DNA of 32,000 nucleotides from Akkermansia muciniphila ATCC BAA-835 (GTDB taxonomy: Bacteria; Verrucomicrobiota; Verrucomicrobiia; Verrucomicrobiales; Akkermansiaceae), in contig NC_010655.1 of NCBI RefSeq assembly GCF_000020225.1, positions 2,430,001 to 2,462,000 of the forward strand. Direction: 5' to 3'. Positions 1 through 8,205 of the stretch are shown here, in pieces. Position numbers and translations under genes: made by a program. Below the pieces are notes generated by a model. It worked only from the letters and a program-made list of their open reading frames with translations, did not search any database and had not been told where the DNA came from. The first letter of the stretch is position 1; every line of letters starts with the position of its first letter.

Positions 1-790
1 TGGCGGGCAGCTGGGCGAACATGGCCACGGAAAGGATGAACCCGGCATCCTCATAGCTCATGCCCCGCTGCCTCAGAAAGATGGGAATCCAAGTATAAAA
101 GAAATAGGCCGCCCCAACGCGGCTCAAGTAAAAAACGGTAACCTGCCATGCTTTGCCGCTGCGCAGCAGGTTGTGACCGGAAGCCGCCGGATCGCTTTGA
201 AACACGCCGGCCGGGTGCCTGAGAAAATAAGCGCCCCATACCAGCATTCCCAGCAGAATGGGGATAATCCAGACCCCCAGGCCGAAACGCCAGCCTCCCA
301 GCATGTTGGAAATGGGAACGGACAATCCGGAAGCCGCAGCGCTGCCCACGCCGATCATGGCGCTGTAAACCCCCATCATGGCGGAAGCATGGTCAGGAAA
401 CTGGTGCTTAATCAGTCCGGGAATGGCCGCCCCGGCAATTCCCATGCCCAGCCCCATCAGAACCATGCCGCCGTATAACCCCGCTACGCCGTCCCAGCTG
501 CGCCAGAAAATTCCGGCCACCGCCAGAAGCTGGAACCAGAAAATGATTTTCCACGGCGTCATCCAGCGCGCCACGCGTGGAGAAATGGGAGCCGCCACCC
601 CCAGCACAAAGACGGGCAACAGGGCGAACAGCCCTGAATTTTCCAGGGAAAGCCCCATATCCCTTTCAATCGTTCCCAGCAGCGGATCGGGAGAATCAAA
701 CCCGGTACGCAAATTGAAGCACACGATTAAAAAGGCGACAAACAGCAGCATCTTTCCCCTGATGCCTCCGGAAGTCCCTGCCTTATCCAT
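1..790 (-). CDS. MFS transporter, CynX/cyanate-permease-like; 3' end runs off the window
   Basis: My own translation of the minus strand from the ATG at 790 gives MDKAGTSGGIRGKMLLFVAFLIVCFNLRTGFDSPDPLLGTIERDMGLSLENSGLFALLPVFVLGVAAPISPRVARWM... It is hydrophobic and open to position 1. It is absent from the ORF track because it is truncated. The listed + ORF 378..1070 is its antisense shadow. Confidence 0.6.
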   Translation of the reverse strand, partial: MDKAGTSGGIRGKMLLFVAFLIVCFNLRTGFDSPDPLLGTIERDMGLSLENSGLFALLPVFVLGVAAPISPRVARWMTPWKIIFWFQLLAVAGIFWRSWDGVAGLYGGMVLMGLGMGIAGAAIPGLIKHQFPDHASAMMGVYSAMIGVGSAAASGLSVPISNMLGGWRFGLGVWIIPILLGMLVWGAYFLRHPAGVFQSDPAASGHNLLRSGKAWQVTVFYLSRVGAAYFFYTWIPIFLRQRGMSYEDAGFILSVAMFAQLPA

Positions 791-927
791 CCCATGTTAT
801 ACATCCTTGCCCCCGCCCCTGTTCAAAAGTAACAGCCTTCCGGCTGTCAGCGGTCCGGAAACACGGCATGACGGAAAGACCATCAGGGGAAACAATCTCC
901 CTGCGGTTTTCCATCCCCCCTGCCATG

Positions 928-960
928 AAAAAGCGCCGCCGTCCCGGAGAACGGCGGCGC
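928..960 (-). terminator. Rho-independent terminator downstream of the M60 peptidase gene
   Basis: A 10-bp GC stem, gcgccgccgt (933-942) / acggcggcgc (951-960), is followed on the minus strand by a U-run (plus-strand A-run 928-932). Confidence 0.5.
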
Positions 961-985
961 CCGAACACGCTAACCTCTTAAGCTT

Positions 986-2857
986 TCATTTGGCAGGGCG
1001 TTTGCCGTACACCAGCGTCCGCCTGCCGTCCCAGGAAACGGCTTCAATCCGCGTAGAACCTTCCGGATAGGGAACCGTGGTGGAGGAATTATCCCTGGAA
1101 TCTGTCCCCACCATGGTGATGCGGACCATTTCCCTGTCTTTGTATGTTTCAAAGACGACGGCGTTTTTCCACACGTCATGGGAAACAACGCGCCTGTTGC
1201 CCTGCTCCGTAACGCCCTGGTTGTAAACGCCGCGGACAGGCAGTCGGTTCTTATATGCTTCCGCGCTGTTGACGGAAATATAGTAAATGACGGGGCTTTC
1301 CGGCTTTTTGTACTTCCTGGCGTAGGCAATCAGGTTCTTGCAGTCGGCCTCCGTGATGGTCATGCGGGCGCAGGTGTAGTCGTCCAATTCCTGGTCAATG
1401 GGCTTGAGCATGCCCGTTTTCCGGAAAAAATCCGTCAGGTCCTGTCTGGCGGCGTCGCAGGCGTTCTTCATGAACGCAAGCTGGAGCTCGCCGTCCTTCT
1501 TGCCCCTGGTATCCATCTTGATGGCCTTATAAAAGATATCCGGATAAAAGTCGGGATTACCCTTCCCGGCTACCTTGAAATACAGCTCAAGCTGCCACAG
1601 GGGGGCCAGCTTGACAAAATGGTCGTGCACCATCGGACGGTTATCCCCGCCGGAACGCTTGTCCGGCCCGCTCTGGACAAGCCAGTTTTCCCCCTTCAAA
1701 ATGCCGTTGTTCAGATAGGCGTTGAAGCGTCCGCCAATCATGTTGCCGTCCCCGCCGTTGATGCGTTCATGCTCCAGGCGCATGCTGGAGGGATTCAGCA
1801 TGTAATTCACGTAAGCGGAGTAAATGTTATTGGTCACTTCTCCGGTGGAGACCCATTTCATGGCGGGGCGCACCTGGTTGACGTGGCCGAACTCATGGGC
1901 AATCCCCCAGGCGCTGCCGGGAATCCTGTCCGGATTGCCGACCTCCTTCATGGTGCCGTTATGAAAGGCGGCCCCCGTGCCGTCCGCGTGCATGAACCCG
2001 TTCCAGATCACACGGCCGAACATGCGGTTTTTGGGCAGCATCCTGTACTTGTACAAGCCCATGATCTGCTGCTCCATGCCGATAATCCTGTCGTACAGGG
2101 CAATAAGCTCCTCCCCCTTGTCCGGACAGAATTGTTTAAGTTCCTCCACCGGATACACCAGATGCACGCGGCTGCCCACGATGTCCACAACTTCCGTGGG
2201 GGAGTTTTCCAGCATCTTCTTCCAGTCGCTGTTTTTGCTGACTCCTCCCACGAAAACTCCGTTCACCTTGCCGGACAAAATGGATAAATGCACCTTGGGA
2301 GCCTTCTTATAATTGGGGGTGAAATACTCAATGTAGCCAAGCCCCTTGTTCTTCGCCCTGATGATGTTGACCCCCTCCTTCAGCGGATAGGAGCTGTGGC
2401 CTCCGTCCCGCCCGAAGTTGTGGATAACCAGATTCAGCTTTTCACCTTTGGGATCCCCCATGACCAGCAACACGTCCTCCCCCTCCTCAAAAAAGATGCC
2501 GGTGGGATTTTCAAATTTGCTGTACTGGCTGGTACGCAGGCGTTCCGCCAGATCCTTGACCGGTTCATACGGTTCCGCCGTAAGGGCGCGGGCCTTGCGG
2601 TCAAATTTCTTCTCCGCCATCCGCGTGGCGAGCCCGCGCACAAAGGGGTCCTTGATTCTGGCGATGCGGTCGCGCGTGACATTGGGCTTCAACGCCAGCA
2701 TGTATTCATTGGCGAACACATTGGAATCCAATGCTTTCAAACCCTCCTCCGTAATCGGCGCACCCCCTGCTTCCTGGGCGGAAAGCACGCCGCCGCCCAG
2801 CACGCCGCAGAGGGCCAATAAAAGAACCCCCTTTTTCAACAATGGTGAGAAAATCAT
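986..2857 (-). CDS. Secreted M60-like (enhancin-like) zinc metallopeptidase, a putative mucinase
   Basis: The ORF 986..3049 contains an HEFGH zinc motif and M60-like flanking sequence. I trimmed the start to the ATG at 2857 (MIFSPLLKKGVLLLALCGVLGGGVLSAQ, a signal peptide). This removes the overlap with htpG. Confidence 0.85.
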   Translation of the reverse strand: MIFSPLLKKGVLLLALCGVLGGGVLSAQEAGGAPITEEGLKALDSNVFANEYMLALKPNVTRDRIARIKDPFVRGLATRMAEKKFDRKARALTAEPYEPVKDLAERLRTSQYSKFENPTGIFFEEGEDVLLVMGDPKGEKLNLVIHNFGRDGGHSSYPLKEGVNIIRAKNKGLGYIEYFTPNYKKAPKVHLSILSGKVNGVFVGGVSKNSDWKKMLENSPTEVVDIVGSRVHLVYPVEELKQFCPDKGEELIALYDRIIGMEQQIMGLYKYRMLPKNRMFGRVIWNGFMHADGTGAAFHNGTMKEVGNPDRIPGSAWGIAHEFGHVNQVRPAMKWVSTGEVTNNIYSAYVNYMLNPSSMRLEHERINGGDGNMIGGRFNAYLNNGILKGENWLVQSGPDKRSGGDNRPMVHDHFVKLAPLWQLELYFKVAGKGNPDFYPDIFYKAIKMDTRGKKDGELQLAFMKNACDAARQDLTDFFRKTGMLKPIDQELDDYTCARMTITEADCKNLIAYARKYKKPESPVIYYISVNSAEAYKNRLPVRGVYNQGVTEQGNRRVVSHDVWKNAVVFETYKDREMVRITMVGTDSRDNSSTTVPYPEGSTRIEAVSWDGRRTLVYGKRPAK

Positions 2858-3033
2858 ATTTGTTAAATAATACTGTTCAGTTTCCGGAATTGTTTCAAGG
2901 AAAAACGCCCGGCCCCTCCCATGCCCGGGAAAAAGCCCCTTTGTGTGACATGGAACGCTCAGGCCCAGGGAAAAAAACTGTCCATCCCCCTTGACGGGGG
3001 CCGTATAATGACGCTCGCAAAACATTTTTCCAT

Positions 3034-4875
3034 ATGAATACAGAAACACATCAATTTCAGGCGGAAGTCCGGCAGCTGCTGGACATTGTCATCAACGCCC
3101 TTTACAGCGACCGTGAAATCTTTGTCCGCGAACTTGTCTCCAACGCTTCCGACGCCCTGGAAAAACTGCGCCTGAAGCAGCTGACGGACTCCAATATTTA
3201 CCAGCCGGACAAGCCCCTGGAAATCACTGTAGCCACGGATAAGGAAAACAAAACCATCACCATCGCGGATACCGGCATCGGGATGACGGAAGCGGACCTG
3301 GTGGAAAACCTGGGAACCATCGCCCACTCCGGCACCAAAAAATTCATGGAAGCCCTTAAGCAGAAGCAGGAAGGCGGAGCGGACCTGATCGGTCAGTTCG
3401 GCGTGGGCTTCTACAGCTCTTTCATGGTGGCGGACCGCGTGGAAGTGTTCACCCGCTCCTATGAACCGGAAGCCGCCTCCCTGCGCTGGTCTTCCGACGG
3501 ACGGGAAGGCTACAGCATCGAAACGCTGGCGGAACCGCTGGACCGGGGCACCCGCATCGTCATCCGCCTGAAAGACGAATATGAAGAATTTTCCCAGGAA
3601 TACCGCGTCAAGGAACTCCTGCGCCGCTACTCCAACTTCGTGGGGTTCCCCCTCAACTTCAACGGAGAACACATCAACACCGTCCAGGCCATCTGGTCCA
3701 AGTCCAAATCCGACGTGAAGCCGGAGGAATATGACGAGTTTTACCAGTTCATCTCCCATACGGATGAAAAGCCCCTGTCCTACATGCACTTCAGCGCGGA
3801 CGCCCCTATTGCCCTGAATGCCCTGCTTTTCATCCCCAGGCGCAATCCGGAAATGTTCGGATTCGGCCGCGTGGACGCCAACGTGGCCCTGTACTGCAAG
3901 CGCGTGCTGATTGACGCCAAGCCGGAAGGCCTGCTGCCGGAATGGCTCCGCTTCCTGAACGGCGTGGTGGACAGCGAAGACCTGCCCCTGAACATTTCCC
4001 GCGAAATGCTTCAGGACAATTCCCTGGTACGCAAAATCAGCGACATCATCACCAGGCGCTTCATCAAGCATCTGGAAAAACTGGCGAAGGACGACAAGGA
4101 AACCTACAGGGAATTCTACGCGCAATTCTCCCGCTACCTGAAAGAAGGCGTCGTCACCTCCTGGCCGAACAAGGAATCCCTGGGCAAGCTGCTCCGTTTT
4201 GAATCCACGTCCACGGAACCGGGGGAAACGACCTCATTTGAGGAATACCTTACCCGCATGAAGGAAGGGCAGACGGCCATTTACGCGCTTACCGGCCCTT
4301 CCCGCTCCCATCTGGAAAACAGCCCGTACCTGGAAGCCTTCAAGGCCCGCGGCTATGAAGTGGCCTTCTTCACGGACCACGGGGACGAATTCGTGCTGGA
4401 CTCCCTGTCCAGCGTGGACGGCAAGCCCGTCACGATGATCGACCGCGCCGACGTGGAACTCCCCGCCCTGGAAGAGGAACAGAAGGACGCCCTGCCCCAG
4501 GAGGAAGCCGCGGCCCTGGAAGAATGGCTGAAAGGACTGTACCCGGACAAATTCTCCAAAGTCACCCTGGGCAAGCGCCTGGTCAGCGGAGCCGCCGTAG
4601 CCCTGCAAAGCGGCAATGACATGGGGCCGGAAATGAGGGCGTACATGAAAGCCATGGGGCAGGAAGTGCCGGAAAGCCACCCGCAGCTGGAACTGAACCC
4701 CTCCAACCCTCTGGTGAAAAAGCTTTCCGCCCTGCGGACGGAAAACCCGGAACTGGCGCAAATGGTGGCGGACCAGATCGCGAATACCGCCCTGCTCCGC
4801 GCCGGCATGCTGGACGATCCCGCCGTGCTGGCCCAGTCCTCCCAGGCCCTGATGGAACAGCTCCTGCTGAAGTAG
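3034..4875 (+). CDS. htpG: Molecular chaperone HtpG (Hsp90)
   Basis: 613 aa. The N-terminus FQAEVRQLLDIVINALYSDREIFVRELVSNASDALEKLR and the motifs IGQFGVGFYS and LNISRE are canonical HtpG. Confidence 0.95.
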   Translation: MNTETHQFQAEVRQLLDIVINALYSDREIFVRELVSNASDALEKLRLKQLTDSNIYQPDKPLEITVATDKENKTITIADTGIGMTEADLVENLGTIAHSGTKKFMEALKQKQEGGADLIGQFGVGFYSSFMVADRVEVFTRSYEPEAASLRWSSDGREGYSIETLAEPLDRGTRIVIRLKDEYEEFSQEYRVKELLRRYSNFVGFPLNFNGEHINTVQAIWSKSKSDVKPEEYDEFYQFISHTDEKPLSYMHFSADAPIALNALLFIPRRNPEMFGFGRVDANVALYCKRVLIDAKPEGLLPEWLRFLNGVVDSEDLPLNISREMLQDNSLVRKISDIITRRFIKHLEKLAKDDKETYREFYAQFSRYLKEGVVTSWPNKESLGKLLRFESTSTEPGETTSFEEYLTRMKEGQTAIYALTGPSRSHLENSPYLEAFKARGYEVAFFTDHGDEFVLDSLSSVDGKPVTMIDRADVELPALEEEQKDALPQEEAAALEEWLKGLYPDKFSKVTLGKRLVSGAAVALQSGNDMGPEMRAYMKAMGQEVPESHPQLELNPSNPLVKKLSALRTENPELAQMVADQIANTALLRAGMLDDPAVLAQSSQALMEQLLLK

Positions 4876-4928
4876 GGGCCCCGGAAGAAACAGCTTCCTT
4901 CCCCAACGCCAACGCCGCTCCCTGCCCT

Positions 4929-4950
4929 CCCCGCCGGGGGCGGCTTTTTC
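4929..4950 (+). terminator. Possible intrinsic terminator after htpG
   Basis: Short GC hairpin ccgcc-ggg-ggcgg followed by cttttt. Confidence 0.35.
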
Positions 4951-4965
4951 ATTTCTCTTCCCGCC

Positions 4966-5793
4966 ATGAACTCGTTACGCCACATGCCCCGCCACGTTCT
5001 ATTCCTGAGGCTGGCCTATCAAGCGGGCATGTGCCTGCTGGCCCTGGTCGCCGTAACGCTGACCGCCATTGACCTGACAACGGAAGCGGCGGAATGGGAA
5101 GTCACGGCGGACCGCATCATCTACTGGATTTTTGTGCTGGATTATGTGATCCGCTTCTCCATCAGCCGGTCCAAATGGCTCTTCGTTAAAGAACACCCCT
5201 GGGATTTGCTGGCCATTATTCCCTTTGACGCCCTGTTCCGCCTGTTCAGATTCGCCTCGCTGGGAGAAATCTTAAGGCTCGCCAGATATCTGGACCTGTT
5301 TTCCTATGCCATGAGGTTCACCACGCGCATCCGGCGTTTCTTCAACACGAACGGATTCAAGTATATCTGCATCGCCGCCCTGGTCATCATCCTGCTGGGG
5401 GCCGTAGGCATCCATCTGGCGGAAGGCATGAGCCTGCCCAACGGCATCTGGTGGTCCTTCGTCACGGCTACCACGGTAGGCTACGGGGATACCTATCCGG
5501 TCACCACTTCAGGCAAATTCCTGGCTGTATTCCTGATGCTCACGGGCATTGGATTCGTGGGAACGCTCACCAGCACCATCACTTCCTTCTTTCTGAGTCC
5601 CCACGGCGGAGAAGCGCTGCCGTACCGGGAGGAGGAAATTGAGGCCATCAAAAAGAAACTGGACGACCTTTCCTCCATGACGGATGAAGACATAGACACC
5701 ATGGCGGCCCTGCTGAAGACCCTGCGGGACGCATCCTCGGCACCTCCAGCGGAAAAAGAGGAAACGCCTGATATCCATTCCGGAAAAAACTGA
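4966..5793 (+). CDS. Voltage-sensor-like potassium channel
   Basis: 275 aa. It has the TTVGYGD K+ selectivity filter, an Arg-rich S4-like helix (RLFRFASLGEILRLARYL) and multiple TM segments. Confidence 0.85.
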   Translation: MNSLRHMPRHVLFLRLAYQAGMCLLALVAVTLTAIDLTTEAAEWEVTADRIIYWIFVLDYVIRFSISRSKWLFVKEHPWDLLAIIPFDALFRLFRFASLGEILRLARYLDLFSYAMRFTTRIRRFFNTNGFKYICIAALVIILLGAVGIHLAEGMSLPNGIWWSFVTATTVGYGDTYPVTTSGKFLAVFLMLTGIGFVGTLTSTITSFFLSPHGGEALPYREEEIEAIKKKLDDLSSMTDEDIDTMAALLKTLRDASSAPPAEKEETPDIHSGKN

Positions 5794-5868
5794 AAAGATC
5801 CGTTTGGTATTACATCGGAAAAGACGTCCTGTCCGTACCAGGGCAAACACCAAATACTCAACCGTTTT

Positions 5869-6483
5869 TCAGTGAGAAGCTCTTAAGTCTCTATGTTGAT
5901 TACCAACTGCTTGGCCACCTTTAAAAAAAAGAAACGCCGCAATAACAATGTTGGCCAAAGGAACCAGTTTTAAAAACACCCACCATCCGCTCTCTCCTAT
6001 ATCATGAAGCCTTCGGACATCCGCAACAATATTGAAATATATAAAACAAATAAAAATAATAACTGTCAACACCAACATTCCTGCATCATTCCCTGTTTTA
6101 CTCCACATCATTACAACTCCACAAAGAAGAATACTAGCCATCATTGGCAATATCAGCAACTTTAGCACCCAATATTCAGATCTGGAAATACGACCGGAAA
6201 AACTGACATATTTTTTCAAAAATAAATTTCTATTCGCATTCCCCATTTTTATAGAAGCATTTCCCTCTATCTCTCTGCGGATTTTATGCATATCGGAAGC
6301 AGATACGGAAGACTTCAAAATCTCCTGTACGTCAGACGCATTACACTCTATTCCCAACTCATTATTCACGATGTCTGCAACTGCTTTAGAACTCGTTTTT
6401 GTCAATATTGCGACGTCCACAAGTTTATTGTATGCATCAATACGGGATAGCCTTTCTTCCGACTGTTCCATAACTTTTTTCAT
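5869..6483 (-). CDS. DUF805-family membrane protein with an extra ~90-aa N-terminal soluble domain
   Basis: 204 aa. The motifs GRISRSEYW and RRLHDIGESGWW plus TM helices are typical of DUF805. The gene is very AT-rich. Confidence 0.7.
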   Translation of the reverse strand: MKKVMEQSEERLSRIDAYNKLVDVAILTKTSSKAVADIVNNELGIECNASDVQEILKSSVSASDMHKIRREIEGNASIKMGNANRNLFLKKYVSFSGRISRSEYWVLKLLILPMMASILLCGVVMMWSKTGNDAGMLVLTVIIFICFIYFNIVADVRRLHDIGESGWWVFLKLVPLANIVIAAFLFFKGGQAVGNQHRDLRASH

Positions 6484-6531
6484 TGGTGATCTTTTTATAA
6501 ATACAGTAACTATGCCTCTTCTCTCTTCCCT

Positions 6532-6774
6532 TTACATTACTCCCAGCTTCTTCAGCATGGAGATGGCAACGGTATTTCCCTGTTCCGCAGCCAGACGATA
6601 CCAACGTATTGCTTCTTGCCTGTTTTTAGCGACTCCATGCCCAAAATAGAAACATGCGCCCAATCTTCTTTGTGCTTCTGCATTTCCTTTTTTGGCTGAC
6701 AAAAAATACCAGTTTACGGCTTCTCTTTTATTTTTCCCAACTCCGTTTCCAAAAAAATAACAGTCTCCCAGCAT
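6532..6774 (-). CDS. Sel1-repeat (SLR/TPR-like) protein fragment
   Basis: 80 aa with two Sel1 repeats (LGDCYFFGNGVGKNKREAVNWY, LGACFYFGHGVAKNRQEAIRWY). Repeat-like sequence continues upstream of the Met (EAQR-MLG). A signal-peptide ORF lies in another frame at 6734-6871, so the gene is probably disrupted. Confidence 0.55.
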   Translation of the reverse strand: MLGDCYFFGNGVGKNKREAVNWYFLSAKKGNAEAQRRLGACFYFGHGVAKNRQEAIRWYRLAAEQGNTVAISMLKKLGVM

Positions 6775-6985
6775 CCTCTGGGCTTCCCGTTTCCAAGGTT
6801 CGAGCTAAAACATGTTCACCCATCAGAAAGACTGTTCCAAATATGATTAATGTGGAAATAGAGATATTCATTTTTACCTGTTCTAACGGATTCCCAATCC
6901 GTACACTTATATTGAATAATGTAGAAAAAAATCTAACATATTTTCATAAATCATTGTTTATCCACTTCCATCTCCTCTCTCGTTC

Positions 6986-8134
6986 TTGTTTGATTTTTAT
7001 AGCTGTTATCAGCACATTTTAGACTTGTGTACGGATTGGGAATCCTCTGTTACAACGTTCTTCATGAACATACCTACTTCCTCTTTCCCAACTGACGCAG
7101 ACCAGGCCGGAATCTTCCTCATCCGTTCCCTGGGCATTCCGCCCATGGACGCTTTCCTTCTTTTAAAGGATCTCCTGGACACCAGCCGCGGAAGAGGCGA
7201 CAGAATAACCCGGGCCAAACGCTGCATACGGCTGGGAGGAGAGGCTCTTGCCGACAGGGAAAAAAGCGTATCGTTTTCCCAGGCTGTCCGCGCCAGCCTG
7301 GAAGCAAGGAAACACCGCCGTCCCCGCACGCTGCAGGAAATCCGCTATATGGCCGCCCGGATGATGAAAAAATGCCCGGAGCTGGCAAGGAAACAGGTCC
7401 GTTCCATCACTCCGGAAGATTGCGGGCGTTATCTCCGCAAAAGCTTTCCCACTCCCCGCCAGCGGCACAAGGGGCGGCTGATCCTGAGCGGCATCCTGAA
7501 TTATTCCCTGAAGCGCGGATGGTGCCGCAGAAACGCGGCCTTTCTGGTTCCTCCCCCCATCCTCAGGGAAAAACGCATCAGGGCCCTTTCCCTGTACGAG
7601 GCAAAGCGGCTTCTCCACACTGCGGAACAGTTGTTCCGAGGGGAATGCCTGCCGGCCTGCGCCCTGATGCTGTACGCGGGTATACGCCCCCACGAGGTCA
7701 AAAGGCTGACGTGGAAGCATATCAATCTGAAATCCGGCCTGGTTTCACTGGCGCCCACCCATACCAAAACGGGAGGGAGCCGCCATGTTTCCATCCTTCC
7801 CGTGCTGGGTTCCATCCTCAGCCGGATGTCTTCCGCCGGTTCCCCCGCCCGTTCCGTCTGCCCGCCCAACTGGGAAAAGAAATGGAAGGAAGTAAGGCGC
7901 CGGTCCGGCATCCTGAAGAAAAGCGGATGGGTTCAGGACGTGCTGAGGCATACCTACGCCTCCTACCACCTGGCCCATTTCTGCAATCAAAACCTTCTCC
8001 AGAAGGAGATGGGACACTCCTCCCCCTCCCTGCTGCTGGCCCGCTATCTTAATATGGAGGGCATCACCTCCGCAACCGGCGCCATGTTCTGGACGCACAG
8101 CTTTGTTTCTCCCGCTCCGTTAAAGGAAGACTGA
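6986..8134 (+). CDS. Tyrosine recombinase / phage-type integrase
   Basis: 382 aa. The catalytic signature is present: LYAGIRPHEV (Arg), LRHTYASY (His-x-x-Arg box) and GHSSPSLLLARYLN (His...Tyr). The alternative start at 7065 (MNIPTS) cannot be excluded. Confidence 0.85.
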   Translation: MFDFYSCYQHILDLCTDWESSVTTFFMNIPTSSFPTDADQAGIFLIRSLGIPPMDAFLLLKDLLDTSRGRGDRITRAKRCIRLGGEALADREKSVSFSQAVRASLEARKHRRPRTLQEIRYMAARMMKKCPELARKQVRSITPEDCGRYLRKSFPTPRQRHKGRLILSGILNYSLKRGWCRRNAAFLVPPPILREKRIRALSLYEAKRLLHTAEQLFRGECLPACALMLYAGIRPHEVKRLTWKHINLKSGLVSLAPTHTKTGGSRHVSILPVLGSILSRMSSAGSPARSVCPPNWEKKWKEVRRRSGILKKSGWVQDVLRHTYASYHLAHFCNQNLLQKEMGHSSPSLLLARYLNMEGITSATGAMFWTHSFVSPAPLKED

Positions 8135-8185
8135 CAAAAATCCGTCTGGAATTGCGCGGCCAAAGGCGGAGCAATCCCCTGCGCC
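8127..8185 (+). repeat. Direct repeat copy 1 (59 bp), att-like, overlapping the integrase stop codon
   Basis: aagactgacaaaaatccgtctggaattgcgcggccaaaggcggaGcaatcccctgcgcc. It is identical to 13834..13891 except for one extra g at 8171. Confidence 0.9.
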
Positions 8186-8205
8186 ATCAGACCGGAGGCG
8201 CATTT

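Larger units (their letters stand above)
5786..8185 (+). mobile_element. Putative integrated islet: degenerate att-like site, AT-rich cargo (DUF805, Sel1 fragment), tyrosine integrase, direct-repeat copy 1
   Basis: GC drops abruptly right after the K+ channel stop. A hand count of line 6001-6060 gives 16/60 G+C, versus 30/60 in the alr line 14001-14060. An integrase lies at the right end. A 22/27 match to the start of the 59-bp direct repeat lies at the left end. Confidence 0.4.

Noticed and set aside
378-1070. 230-aa plus-strand ORF, together with the 173..478 and 51..239 ORFs.
   Set aside because: The composition is low-complexity and Pro/Ser/Arg-rich. These ORFs lie antisense to a convincing MFS-transporter reading frame (minus strand, 790 to 1) that the ORF track omits because it is truncated.
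2991-3009. A heat-shock (sigma-32-like) promoter for htpG, based on CCCCCTTGA followed by TATAAT.
   Set aside because: The TTGACG and TATAAT elements are only 7 nt apart, no CCCCAT-type -10 lies at the proper distance, and no good -35 lies 17 nt upstream of TATAAT. The TATAAT at 3004-3009 may still be a -10 element, but I cannot support a full promoter call.
2959-4125. Long antisense ORFs opposite well-supported genes. Examples: 2959..4125(-) against htpG, 13796..15046(-) against alr, 15686..16711(-) against metY, 17306..18667(-) against cysK/thiE, 20737..21897(-) and 22289..23140(-) against the GH20 genes, 28309..29538(+) against the helicase, and 30399..31109(+) against pyrC.
   Set aside because: These are typical stop-poor shadow frames of high-GC coding DNA. 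Their translations are Gly/Arg/Ala/Pro-rich with no motifs, while the opposite strand carries canonical family signatures.
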